Source: Nitrospirota bacterium
GTDB lineage: Bacteria; Nitrospirota; Nitrospiria; Nitrospirales; Nitrospiraceae
Length of the DNA: 64,000 nucleotides
Assembly: GCA_963701855.1 (NCBI GenBank)
Contig: CAVPBK010000001.1
Location: forward strand, 32,001-96,000
Direction of reading: 5' to 3'
In this document: piece after piece, positions 20,351 through 30,603 of the stretch
Layout: each line of letters begins with the position of its first letter
Position numbering within the stretch: the first letter of the stretch is position 1
Made by a program: the position numbers and the translations under genes
The notes under the pieces: generated by a model
Told to the model about the DNA's origin: nothing
What the model saw: only the letters and a program-made list of their open reading frames with translations
Database searches by the model: none

Positions 20351-20439
20351 GTCTTTCTGGTTTTTTTGGTTCATCTGGTTTATCTGGTTAGTTTGGTTCA
20401 ACCAAATAAACGAGACAAACCAAACAAACCAGAACAACC
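20351..20439. repeat. 9-nt-period inverted repeat hairpin (family R2)
   Basis: (TCTGGTTyr)n arm followed by an (AAACCAGAC-like)n arm, ~11 nt after the yqjG stop. Confidence 0.8.
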
Positions 20440-20649
20440 GCTTTCGCGGCAACCCTTGCGCGACTGATACGTCCGTGGTAAGGTGCAACGTGATCGCGTA
20501 AGACCTTCCGTGCTCGGAGGCTGCAGTCCTCCAGCAGACACGAAGTCTGACGCGATATTTTTTTGCCCGCACGCAGCCGTCCTGCATCTGCTGAGCATTC
20601 CGCCGAAGGCATAACCATCCCTCGCGCTCATTGCTAGCCCGACATCGCC

Positions 20650-21633
20650 GTGGGGTCATCCGTTACAATTCAAAGAGGTGAATCGTTGTTTCAAGAATTA
20701 TGGTCAACAGTCCGGGCCTTCCTCCGCAATACCGCGGGGAGTCTCTATCACATTGTCGTCGTCGCCCTAAGTGCTGGCATTGCGCTCTCGCTCCCGGCAG
20801 GCGCCAAACAGTTTTTATCGTTCTGGTCTCAAGTCGAGCATGACCTGATCTCGCTCATTGCCGTGGAAATGACGGTGGCGATCCTCCTGATCGTCTGCCT
20901 CAACTACTTCCATCGCAGCATACGGGACCGGGCCCTTGCCACCGTGGCGACCGGCGCCGGCCTCGTCTCGTTCTTCCCGCGCCGCACGCGGGGAGCACAA
21001 CGGCACATCAAGCGACTCAAGGAAGAGCAGGGCACAGGCCGAACTATCTCGGTCATCGGGTCAAGCGGCCACAGTACCTTTGTGGATCAAGTGGGAGGTC
21101 TGTCCTCGGTCCTCGACAAATGCCTGGGAGCCAGGATTATGCTGGTGAATCCCTACAGCCAGGAAGCGAGCGCGCGCATACAGGCGATCAACCATCCCGA
21201 GTTCACGCTGGAAACATTCCGGGAAGAAGTTCGACAAAGTATCCGGCTCCTCAAGCGGCTGAAGGCCATGGGGAAAGCCGTCAAACTCAAGCTCTACTCA
21301 GATTCCCCGTTGATGAAATTGGTGATCCTCGGAGATTATCTTTGGCTCCAGCATTACCATGCCGATCTGGACGTCCAGACCATGCCGGAGTATGTCCTGC
21401 GGCACAATCGCAAGGACCACGGCCTTTATACCCTCTATGCCCACTACTTCGTGCAGCGATGGGAGAGCGCCGAAATTCCGGAGTACGATCTCGACACGGA
21501 CGAGCTGGTGTACCGAAGCAAAGCCGGCAACGAAATCCGGAGAGAGCGGTTTGAGATTGGGGCGGCGTCCGAAGAAATCGGAGCCCAGCTGGAGACGCTC
21601 GAACTCACCGCCGAACCGGCCCAAGTCGGCTGA
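20650..21633 (+). CDS. Hypothetical protein: two N-terminal TM helices plus alpha/beta domain (DUF5919-like)
   Basis: Two hydrophobic segments, then ARIMLVNP and LKLY...KLVILGDYLWLQHY. The start may be TTG 20686 behind GAGGTG. Confidence 0.7.
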   Translation: MGSSVTIQRGESLFQELWSTVRAFLRNTAGSLYHIVVVALSAGIALSLPAGAKQFLSFWSQVEHDLISLIAVEMTVAILLIVCLNYFHRSIRDRALATVATGAGLVSFFPRRTRGAQRHIKRLKEEQGTGRTISVIGSSGHSTFVDQVGGLSSVLDKCLGARIMLVNPYSQEASARIQAINHPEFTLETFREEVRQSIRLLKRLKAMGKAVKLKLYSDSPLMKLVILGDYLWLQHYHADLDVQTMPEYVLRHNRKDHGLYTLYAHYFVQRWESAEIPEYDLDTDELVYRSKAGNEIRRERFEIGAASEEIGAQLETLELTAEPAQVG

Positions 21634-21677
21634 GCCAATCGGGCCAACACAAGATCAGCACGTCTGGAGCAAGCCAG

Positions 21678-21796
21678 GTCTGTCTGGTCTGTTCGGTCTG
21701 TCTGGTTTGTTTGGTTGAACGAAACTAACCAGATGGACCAGAAAGACTGGACAGACCAAATGAACAAGACAGTCTGGCAGCCTTTTCAGCATCTTG
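21678..21796. repeat. Family R2 hairpin followed by degenerate M1 right end
   Basis: GTCTGTCTG repeats / AACCAGATG repeats, then CTGGCAGCCTTTTCAGCATCTTG. Confidence 0.75.
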
Positions 21797-21835
21797 GTAG
21801 AGTACAATTCATTTTTTCAGAAAGTCTGTCCCCTC

Positions 21836-22675
21836 ATGTCCATCCAGTGGTTTCCCGGTCACATGAATACGGCGCGCAAAGAAGCGGCCAAGACGATGGA
21901 GGTGATCGATGTCATCGTCGAAGTACTAGATGCGCGAATACCAAACGCTAGCTGCAATCCACTGATCGAAGAACTGCGCCTCACCCGCCAGCGCCCTAGC
22001 CTGAAAGTTCTCAACAAAGCCGATCTCGCCGACCCCGCCGTCACTCAGGCTTGGCTCGATCTCTATAATCGGCAATCGGGCGTCAGCGCTGTAGCTCTTT
22101 CTTGTAGTCATGCGGGCGATGCCGCGAAGCTGCCCCAGTTTTGTCAGCCGCTCGCGCCCCATCGCAACAGCAGCGCGAAGCCGCTGCGCATGCTTATTAT
22201 GGGGGTTCCCAACGTCGGAAAATCGACCCTGATGAACATGCTCCTCAAACGCCGCGTCGCTCGCGTGGGCGACGAACCAGCCGTGACCAAAGTTCAACAA
22301 CGTCACAAACTCAACGACCGCATGGCCATCATCGACTCACCCGGACTGTTGTGGGGAACCATCAAAGACCCTCATGTGGGCCTCCTGCTCGCCACGGTCA
22401 ACGCCATAAGCCACAAGGTCGTGGATGACGAAGAGGTCGCAGAGTTTCTCGCTGGAATCTTGCTCGCGCGCTATCCTGCCCGGCTCACGACCCGCTACGG
22501 CTTTGCTGTGGACGGGCTGACTAGTGCTGGCGTGATCGACGCCGTAGGCAAAAAGCGTGGCTGCCTATTGACCAGAAGCGGCGGCGGAATAGATCGAAAC
22601 AAAGCGGCAAGGATACTCTTGTTGGACTACCGCAACGGCGCGCTCGGCCGCACCAGCTTGGAGACACCGGAGTAG
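21836..22675 (+). CDS. ylqF: Ribosome biogenesis GTPase
   Basis: IQWFPGHM, EVLDARIP, LNKADL (G4 preceding G1), GVPNVGKST, DSPG. Confidence 0.95.
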   Translation: MSIQWFPGHMNTARKEAAKTMEVIDVIVEVLDARIPNASCNPLIEELRLTRQRPSLKVLNKADLADPAVTQAWLDLYNRQSGVSAVALSCSHAGDAAKLPQFCQPLAPHRNSSAKPLRMLIMGVPNVGKSTLMNMLLKRRVARVGDEPAVTKVQQRHKLNDRMAIIDSPGLLWGTIKDPHVGLLLATVNAISHKVVDDEEVAEFLAGILLARYPARLTTRYGFAVDGLTSAGVIDAVGKKRGCLLTRSGGGIDRNKAARILLLDYRNGALGRTSLETPE

Positions 22676-22704
22676 GTGGGCAGAAGAACAGCCCGGTATG
22701 GGCA

Positions 22705-22790
22705 GTTTATCTGGTGGATAGGTTTGTCTGGTCTATATCATCCCCCGAACAAGACAAACCAAATAAACCTCTGTAACCAGACAAACTAGA
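22705..22790. repeat. Family R2 hairpin
   Basis: TTTATCTGG/TTTGTCTGG arm and ACAAACCAA/AACCAGACA arm between the convergent ylqF and RNB genes. Confidence 0.65.
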
Positions 22791-22804
22791 GAACCGCAAC
22801 TCGC

Positions 22805-24268
22805 TCACAATCCAACTCTGACGAAGTCGATATACCCTCGTTCGACATCCGTACTTATAAGCTCTACTTGCACCTTGTCTCCGACATCAAGGCCACGTTC
22901 GCCCGTCACCAGTCTCCCTTCGACCGGCGGCTCAAGGAGCCGGACCCACGTACCTCTGTCCGATGCGCCCGTCACGATGGCGTCGAAGCGTTGCCCAATC
23001 CTCGATTCGAGCAATAAGGCGGCGGCGGACTTGCGGAGCCGCCGCTCGACTTTCTCCGCATCGTCTTCTTTCTCGGTGCAGTGACCGGCCAGATACTTCA
23101 GCTCTTCCGGATGGTAGGGAGTTGGTGCGCCGGCCAGCGCCGCTTTGATCAGCCTCTGGGTGATGAGATCGGGAAAGCGCCGGTTGGGAGCCGTAGAATG
23201 GGTGTACCCCTTCACCGCAAGTCCGAAATGTTCGGGAGCGCCATCCTTCGACTGGTCCAGCACATATTCTCCTCTGCCGATGAGCTTCACAATGGCCAGG
23301 GACAGATCCGGAAATCTGAGGGGGTCGGCTTTCCGACGTGCGACGAGGAACGATTCGAGCGCCATCGCGTCCGGCTCCGGAGGTAAGGACTCACCCCAGC
23401 GTGCGGCCACCTCAACAATTCGCTGCCAACGTTCGGGAGAACGCAGGATACGGCGGAAGGAAGGCATGCCCTTTCCATTCAAATAGGACGCGGTCGCCTG
23501 ATTGGCCGCGACCATAAAATCTTCGATCAGTTCCTTCGCGCGATTCTTCTGCTCGACCTTGAGATCGGTCAGCACCTCACCCTCAAACACGGCTCTTGGC
23601 TCAATCGTTTCGAGACTCAACGCTCCCTGCTGGTGTCGTCGTGCCTTGAGCCGCTGCGCGACCTGGTCTTGGAGGCGAAGTTGCGCATCGAGGCCGGAGA
23701 CGGCCTTGACCCCCTCAGGCGCTGGCGCCACCCCTGCAAGCCAGGCTGCGACGCTGTTATAGGCCAGCTTCGCGTGGTTGCGGACAAGGGCCCGAAAGAG
23801 GGTCGAACTGAGAACCACCCCGTCCTCCGCAATCACCATCTCTACGATAATCGCGAGGCGGTCTTGCCCTTCGCCGAGCGACGTCAGATCGGTCGACAGC
23901 TTTTCCGGCAACATAGGAAATATGCCGCCGGACGTATAGACCGACGTTGTATTGTGCTTGGCATGAGCATCCAGGGCAGATTCCTTTGCGACCAGCGCGT
24001 CCACGTCGGCAATCGCGACCAGGATTGTGACAGACCGATCAGGATGTGGTTCAGCCACGGTGAGTTGGTCAAGATCTCGTGAGTCGTCGTTGTCGATCGA
24101 CGCCCAGAGTAACCCCGTTAAGTCACGCATGCCTGCCTGCTGGGCAGTGGCAGCAACCTCTATGCGGGCAAGCTCGGCCATCGCCGCGGAAGAAAAGTCC
24201 GGCAAGAGGCCTCGTTCGATCATGGCGCGACGAGCGATATTCTTGAGATCTGTGCGATGACTTTTCAT
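22805..24268 (-). CDS. RNB-domain exoribonuclease (RNase II/R family, short form)
   Basis: SIDNDDSRDLDQ, VAIADV, LIEDFMVAAN, YTHSTAPNRRFPDL, C-terminal S1 domain. Confidence 0.92.
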   Translation of the reverse strand: MKSHRTDLKNIARRAMIERGLLPDFSSAAMAELARIEVAATAQQAGMRDLTGLLWASIDNDDSRDLDQLTVAEPHPDRSVTILVAIADVDALVAKESALDAHAKHNTTSVYTSGGIFPMLPEKLSTDLTSLGEGQDRLAIIVEMVIAEDGVVLSSTLFRALVRNHAKLAYNSVAAWLAGVAPAPEGVKAVSGLDAQLRLQDQVAQRLKARRHQQGALSLETIEPRAVFEGEVLTDLKVEQKNRAKELIEDFMVAANQATASYLNGKGMPSFRRILRSPERWQRIVEVAARWGESLPPEPDAMALESFLVARRKADPLRFPDLSLAIVKLIGRGEYVLDQSKDGAPEHFGLAVKGYTHSTAPNRRFPDLITQRLIKAALAGAPTPYHPEELKYLAGHCTEKEDDAEKVERRLRKSAAALLLESRIGQRFDAIVTGASDRGTWVRLLEPPVEGRLVTGERGLDVGDKVQVELISTDVERGYIDFVRVGL

Positions 24269-24367
24269 GTGTTCCCTTCAATCTGGGATGAGACCCGGTT
24301 AGTTCTTGGTAGGGAAGGAGCAGGGGACACTCCGGCGAGAAAAGGCTCCCGACCAACTTTGTGGACC

Positions 24368-27052
24368 CTATGCAGAAGCTACCGCTTTATCAATAACAGA
24401 AAAGTCCCCGTCGGTTGGCATCCCAAATAGGCACCGTCCGCCGCTTCGGGACGCCCAGACTTGACCAACTGCCCGCTTTTCTTCAGCGTCCACAGCGTCG
24501 TACAGATGTTTCCCTTTGTATTCGACCGCAAGCACTCGCCCATCAGCAAGTTGGCAAAGGAAGTCTGGATAAAACCAGTCTGTTGAGGTTTGCAGCCGGA
24601 ATGATGTGGGCTTGCGAGGGAGGTTCCGAACCCAGAACTGCACTTGCGGCAAACCATCGAGGAACTGCGCGCACCGAAACTCCTCCGTGGTCTGACCATC
24701 GGCCGTCTTTTCGGACAGTTCTCCAGGCTTTGGCCCGAAATAGTGCTTTTGAAACTGAAAGCCCCCTTCATAGACACGGCTCGGCTCATAGCCCATCGTC
24801 TTGAAGTTGATCGTGCGCCCTTCGTCTACGGTCAGCGGCGAATCCGGGAGAAGCAACAACTGAAACGACGCCTTCCGCTCGCTCTCTCGATGACCCTGGA
24901 TACGTGCCGCAATCTCATCGCGGAGCCGAAAACGATCGAGCGCCAGAGTACTGACATCCGTCATACCCAACTTCGCCATGAGTCCTCTGATAACTTTTCT
25001 CAGAAACTCCGCCGACTCACCGGCTGGAATGTCCGGATGGTCAATTTCCCGGTCCAACCACGCGACCAGGCTTTCGAGCGACCATTCGTTCGCACCACCG
25101 AGTTGGAGCACTTGCTGATGCAACGTGCCGACAAAGTCCGCCTCCGGAGTTTCTCGGATCACGCTGATCTGCACCTCGCCTTTGACTCCGATGTCCACCA
25201 GCCCGGCTTTGCCGTAGGGACGCACAAGAGGACTATAGCCTGCTGGCAGCGAGGCATCTTTTTCGCTAAGCCTCCACGGGTGTTCGATCAGAAACGTACT
25301 CTCGAACTCGTAGGGAGTCCCGTTTTCGAGGACACAGAGCAGCGGCACGAGAAAGTCCAGTTGCCGCTCGTAAGGCGAGGGAACGCGTGTGGCCCCGGTG
25401 CCGCCGAACGCCTTCTCTGCCTCTCGCACAAGCGCGACCGCTTCCTCCACCTGAGTCTTGGCTTCGGGAGTCTTGACGCAGCTCTTCAGCCTTTCAATGT
25501 CGTCTCGATCGAGCGGGACCACGATGGTGATCTCGCCTGTGGCGGCATCGATTCGCACTTTCCCGGCAAGGGCCAATACCTGGATGGGTGCCGCCTTCGC
25601 ATCAATGGCACTCGGCGCCACCCGCACGGTTTGTGGCTGCACACCGAGCGGGAGAGTGCCTTGCGGAACCGGAATGATGATACGCTCGGTCTCTGCTGCC
25701 GTGAAACCGTTGTGCTCCAGCGCCTCGCGCAATTCCGCGAGCACATCCGTAATCGAATCCGATACTGAGAAGGCGTAGGCGCAATTGAGATCGGGATGCC
25801 GCTTCATCTGCGCGAGTGGCAGCCGGAGAATGCGTCCGACGATCTGCTCAATGGCGGTGGGCGACCGCGTCTCCTTGAGGCTGCACAACACATAGGCAAA
25901 GGGGCAATCCCATCCCTCTCGCAGCTTTTCGACCGTGATAATCACGCGTACCGGGCACTTCGGCGACGAAATATCCTTCACATCTTTCAACTCATCGAGC
26001 CTGCCGACTGAGATTTTCACCTCGTCCTTCGATAGGTTGAACTCGCGCACCAGCCGGTCGCGTAGCGGCTCACAGGCATCGACACGTTCAGCCTGGATCA
26101 AGAGAATAGGCCGGATATACTCGCTCGTCTGTTGTCCTTCGGCCACAGCCAGCCTTTCGAGATCGGCACGGAGCGTGACCGCCTCCGCCAGCAGTTGATC
26201 GCGCTGGCTCGGATGCCGCGTGATAACCCGTAGCGGCAGCTTCACCATCTGCGCGGTTTTTAATTCAGCCGCCGAGATGCGATGCAGCACGTTCGATGGA
26301 GTCTTTTCCCGTGCCGGCGTCGCCGTAAATTCAACGATGCACGATGGCAACACATCGCCGAGTGTAGAAAAGGATAAGTCGGTACGAGCGTTGTGCGCTT
26401 CGTCCACAATGACGATGGGCCGGCGCAGCCGCAGCATGTTCACGAGCGACGGCTTGGGTTTGCCGTCTGCTCCAGGCAACAGATCGGCCAGGCGTTCCAA
26501 TGATATGTTGAGCAAATGTTCTGCAAATGCGCCGTTCTGGTCATAGACCTTGCGCCCTGTCGTATCCTCGACACGGAACGATTGAATCGTCGCCACGATC
26601 ACAACCGTCTGCCCCTCCACGGTTGCGCGCGACAGACGCAACGCCTCCGCAATAGTCACCACTTCCACCGCGCCACATGCCAGTTCCAACGCGCGGCGAT
26701 AGGGATGGCGCGGATCGCGCAACGCATCGGCAGTCTGATCGAGAATGGTGTTACTAGGCACGAGCCACAATACGACGGCATGGTCGGCCCGCATGAAGTC
26801 GTGCAGGGCAAGACCTGCTGCATAACAGGCCAGCAGCGTCTTGCCGCCGCCTGTGGGCACTCGCAGACACACATACGGCATGCGCGACTCCAGTCCTGCA
26901 ACTGACACAGGAAAATAGGGCATCGCTTCCCCATACACTCGCCTCGTCACGTCCCGAAACGCCGAATCTGGATCGTAGGTGCGGGCAGCCACGCGAAAGA
27001 ACTCACGCAACGATTCGAGCACGCGCTCTTGATAGTCTTTCAGCGCAATCAC
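24368..27052 (-). CDS. res: Type III restriction enzyme Res subunit
   Basis: VPTGGGKT, DEAH, FTATP, EGWDCP, QIVGRILR, C-terminal FYPDF...VEYKG nuclease. Lies downstream of a mod gene. Confidence 0.9.
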   Translation of the reverse strand: MIALKDYQERVLESLREFFRVAARTYDPDSAFRDVTRRVYGEAMPYFPVSVAGLESRMPYVCLRVPTGGGKTLLACYAAGLALHDFMRADHAVVLWLVPSNTILDQTADALRDPRHPYRRALELACGAVEVVTIAEALRLSRATVEGQTVVIVATIQSFRVEDTTGRKVYDQNGAFAEHLLNISLERLADLLPGADGKPKPSLVNMLRLRRPIVIVDEAHNARTDLSFSTLGDVLPSCIVEFTATPAREKTPSNVLHRISAAELKTAQMVKLPLRVITRHPSQRDQLLAEAVTLRADLERLAVAEGQQTSEYIRPILLIQAERVDACEPLRDRLVREFNLSKDEVKISVGRLDELKDVKDISSPKCPVRVIITVEKLREGWDCPFAYVLCSLKETRSPTAIEQIVGRILRLPLAQMKRHPDLNCAYAFSVSDSITDVLAELREALEHNGFTAAETERIIIPVPQGTLPLGVQPQTVRVAPSAIDAKAAPIQVLALAGKVRIDAATGEITIVVPLDRDDIERLKSCVKTPEAKTQVEEAVALVREAEKAFGGTGATRVPSPYERQLDFLVPLLCVLENGTPYEFESTFLIEHPWRLSEKDASLPAGYSPLVRPYGKAGLVDIGVKGEVQISVIRETPEADFVGTLHQQVLQLGGANEWSLESLVAWLDREIDHPDIPAGESAEFLRKVIRGLMAKLGMTDVSTLALDRFRLRDEIAARIQGHRESERKASFQLLLLPDSPLTVDEGRTINFKTMGYEPSRVYEGGFQFQKHYFGPKPGELSEKTADGQTTEEFRCAQFLDGLPQVQFWVRNLPRKPTSFRLQTSTDWFYPDFLCQLADGRVLAVEYKGKHLYDAVDAEEKRAVGQVWASRSGGRCLFGMPTDGDFSVIDKAVASA

Positions 27053-27648
27053 GGCTTGCCTTTCGACTGGAAGCCGATACGCCGCTTGGGATGATCCGGG
27101 AGAGGCTGAAGAAGCGGGAGCAACTTCTCATACAGATCCAACAGGGCCGAATCATGCTGAAGCAATGTACGGTCGATTTCGGCTAGACGCTTGAGAATAG
27201 CCTGGTTGGCGACAATGTGCTCGCGCAGGCGCACGAACGCGCGGATGACAAACACACTCATGTGTACCGCTCGGTCGCTGCGCAGAATGTTCGCTGCCAT
27301 GAGCGCGCCATGCTCAGTGAAGGCCCAGGGGCGAAATCGAGGGTCACGGTGCTTCTGGGAACCGGTCACAATTTGTGACCGGTTATCCGTATCCTCGTAA
27401 TCTACAAGGGTTTCCCGGTTTGAGGTCACAGTTTGTGACCTCAAGTTTGTGACCTCTGCAGTCGTCAATTGAAATGCAAAATCCTTGGGGAAGCGGCTGA
27501 CATTTCGTTTAACGGCTTGGTTGAAGACTTTCGTCGTCACCCCGTACAGCCGGGCCAAATCCGCGTCGAGAATGACGCGCTGATTCCTGACGACAAAAAT
27601 CAGCGGCTCCAGTGATTCATGGACAAGGGCGGGCTTGCGTGACGACAT
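27049..27648 (-). CDS. ORF6N (KilA-N-like) domain protein
   Basis: RVILDADLARLYGVTTKVFNQAVKRNVSRFP.DF.FQLT, AFTEHGALMAA, VIRAFV, RRIGF. GTGA overlap with res. Confidence 0.9.
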   Translation of the reverse strand: MSSRKPALVHESLEPLIFVVRNQRVILDADLARLYGVTTKVFNQAVKRNVSRFPKDFAFQLTTAEVTNLRSQTVTSNRETLVDYEDTDNRSQIVTGSQKHRDPRFRPWAFTEHGALMAANILRSDRAVHMSVFVIRAFVRLREHIVANQAILKRLAEIDRTLLQHDSALLDLYEKLLPLLQPLPDHPKRRIGFQSKGKP

Positions 27649-27651
27649 AGA

Positions 27652-29368
27652 TCAGCTCACCTTAATCTCGTAGGGTGTCTGCCGAACAAGAGTACGCTCC
27701 GCCTGGAGTCGATCCTTCCCCAGCAAGCACCCGGCACAATAGATCACTTTCTGACCATCGAACTTTGGCAGTTTCGCCAGCACCGAACGCGTCAGCACGT
27801 TGCCCCCGCCCGAGCTTTTGTCGCCGAGAATGCCATTGAACAACAAATAGATTCCCACGCCCCGGCACTCGCCGATGAACGGCGACTTCGTCACGCGCTC
27901 GCGCGGGAGCGGCTCGCCCGTTTCAGTGAAATAGACGTGGCGCGCAAGGTCGGCAAAACTCACAGTCTCGCGAATCTTCCCGCTCTCGCCGAACAAAGGC
28001 TCTCCCAACTCACAATAGCGGAAGCTGCCCCCAAGCCCTTCAACCTTCTCACCCTTCGCATTCTTGTAGCCTTCGGCGACACGACGCACACGTTCGGCCG
28101 TAATCTTACGAGCGATCGACTCCTTCATTTCAACGAGAATGAACCGGCGATCTTGCCGATCAACATGATTCAACTTCAGTACAGCATGACCCGTTGTTCC
28201 CGATCCAGCGAAGGAGTCCAAAATCAAGTCATCATCGGACGTTGTAAAGCTGAGGAGTTCCTCTATCAACTCCGTAGGCTTTGGGAAATCAAACGGTCGC
28301 TTATCATCAGGGAATATGTCTTTTATCTCATATGTTCCAATTCGCCCATCCAACTCGAAAAGACTTGCCAGCTTTGCACGGTAATCTTTCACGTATACTT
28401 TCAGTTCGATGATTTTGGATTCGTCATCACCGAACAGAACACGGTTTTGAGCGAGCAATCCATCGAGCGTTTCTTTTGGAAAACGGTAGCCCATAAGAGG
28501 CTGCACGCACGGACTACCTGTAACGGGGTGAAGCACATCGTAACGGTAACCTTCTTTACCGGGGTTATGAACACTCTGGCTCCCGGTATAAATACCGCCA
28601 TCATCAATGTATTTGTAGCGGTCGAACGGCCAAAGGTAATCTTTATTCTCCCTGAACCATTTGGTGTACTCCTTCTGCCGCTTGTCGGGGTCCGAATATT
28701 TCCTCACGAACTCGTCCCCGACTAGTCAGTAGCTTATCCTTCACAGCCAAATTGACTGACTTCCACTCGCGAGGGAGCTTTTCCTTGTTCCTTGCATAGC
28801 AGAGAACATACTCATGCTCGGTGGCAATGTTCGTTGGATTGTTATCGGTTGCGTTCTTCCAAACCAATGTTCCAATTCGATTCGTGGCGCCAAAGATTTC
28901 GTCGAACAAAAGGCGCAGGGTTGGCACCTCTATCTCGTCAATACTTGCAAAGATCACCCCATCTTGTCGCAAGAACTTCTGCAGTAAGGCGATACGTGGA
29001 TACATCATGCAGAGCCATTTATCGTGTCGTGACAGGTCTTCCGCTTCTTCTCCGACGACTTTGCCTAACCACTCACGAATTTCCGGGCTATTAACATTGT
29101 CGTTGTAAATCCACCCTGAGCGTTTTCCTTCGTCGTTCCTTTCGTCCACACCAGTGTTGTATGGAGGATCGATATAGATGCACTTCACCTGCCCGGCGTA
29201 ATACGGAAGCAGCGCCTTGAGCGCAACGAGGTTATCCCCCTGTACGATGAGATTCCCGTCGCCCGGCTCACCGCAGGCGAGATCCGGCACGTCTTTGAGC
29301 AGGTGAAACGGCACCTGGTGGTGATGATTCACCACCGCCTCTTTCCCGATCCAATTCAGTGTAGGCAT
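27652..29368 (-). pseudogene. mod: Type III DNA methyltransferase (Mod), frameshifted
   Basis: The 5' frame has MPTLNWIGK, QGDNL and IYIDPPYNTG. The 3' frame has FPKP and LDSFAGSGTT. The frames differ by +1 nt at ~28720-28725. Confidence 0.88.
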
Positions 29369-29552
29369 AGAGAGAAGCCCGCCAAAATTAACCGCCGAAG
29401 AATACCCCTTTACCCGCAAGAAATCACGCGGCCATTTGTGAGGGAGAGAGAAAAGACCCTGTACTGGGAAGACATGAGATGTGAAAAATAACACGCGAGA
29501 AGCGAGGCGGCTGATATCGTCTCCACTGGTGTGCATCAAGCAAGGCTACAGA

Positions 29553-29791
29553 CGATCCCTCCAAGCTGCTTACCTCCTTCACAGGGCAGCCTGGTTGATC
29601 CTCGATTGCGCGCGTCGAACGAGCACCTTCTGAGCGTGCGCGTTCCGCGAGCAGGAGGATGACCAGGCTGCCCATCCCATCCTTCCGAGGCCGCGCGTTG
29701 CGCGAGCACAGGAGATCAACAGGCCGCCCTCCCGCTCTCTATTCTGCGAACAAGAAGAGCAGCGGGGCCATTCCACACCCCTTCCAAGCTT
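29553..29791 (+). repeat. Hairpin repeat family R1
   Basis: Outer stem GGGCAGCCTGGTTGATCCTC/GAGGATGACCAGGCTGCCC around a core with inner stem GCAC-CTTCTGAGC-GTGC, followed by further partial modules. Confidence 0.85.
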
Positions 29792-29934
29792 GGTTGGCTC
29801 TCTTTCAAAGAGTTCATCACGAGATGTATGGTTCTGATTGCGTTCTCGGTTTGTACCAGCTATATGATAGGAGCTTAACTAGAATCGCCTCCGTGCGGAG
29901 AACCAATAAATAATTCCGATGTCCGCTTCAACGT

Positions 29935-30405
29935 ATGCGCAACAATCCGGCAATTAATATACTTCGATGGGCCATCGCGGTTCCAGCAGGTATCATGCTG
30001 TGGTTCGCCGCGAACCATTCTATTGGAATGGCATTCGGCATTATCCATGGAGTTGAACGTGTCGAGGCCTTTTGGGAAGCGCCGGATATGGATGGGGTGC
30101 CGATTATCGGCACATACATTATATTTATCACAAGGACTATTGCCGCTGCTTCTCTTGTGAGTGCGATTATCTACATCGTACCGCGCTATCACAAGCAGGT
30201 CGCAATCATTGCCGCCTCTCTTGTATCCGCCGCCGCCGCAGGTTTCTTGGTTTTCGTATCGGTTCAAGTTGCGAATGAGGATCTCAGCATCGGTCCGGAT
30301 GGCTGGTACAAACAGATTCTGGACACGCTGAGCATTATTTTTGGCGCAATAGCCGGTGCATGGCTGGCAAATCAGAATCAGAGAAAAGAACGCAGGCGTA
30401 GTTAG
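29935..30405 (+). CDS. Hypothetical 4-TM membrane protein
   Basis: Four hydrophobic segments and a basic C-terminal tail. Lower GC than its neighbours. Confidence 0.7.
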   Translation: MRNNPAINILRWAIAVPAGIMLWFAANHSIGMAFGIIHGVERVEAFWEAPDMDGVPIIGTYIIFITRTIAAASLVSAIIYIVPRYHKQVAIIAASLVSAAAAGFLVFVSVQVANEDLSIGPDGWYKQILDTLSIIFGAIAGAWLANQNQRKERRRS

Positions 30406-30422
30406 CCCCCACAACAGCATCC

Positions 30423-30550
30423 AGCAAGATACTGGAAACGTCCGCCAGCCTGAGAAGACGGTTGTTTGGTTTCTTCTGGTTTGTCTGGTTATTTTGTTGA
30501 ACGAAAACTAACAGATGAACTAGATAAACGAGAAAGACCAGATGAATCAG
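30423..30550. repeat. Degenerate M1 left end plus family R2 hairpin
   Basis: GCAAGATACTGGAAACGTCCGCCAGC, then TCTGGTTTG repeats / AACAGATGAACTAGATAAAC. Confidence 0.7.
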
Positions 30551-30603
30551 AGCAACCTGTCCCGTCAGTTTCGGTCACCCCGTTATCGTGCCGGCCCCCA
30601 CAC

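Noticed and set aside
27652..29368. SSR-mediated phase-variable mod (phasevarion)
   Set aside because: There is no tandem repeat tract, only a G4 run near the frameshift.
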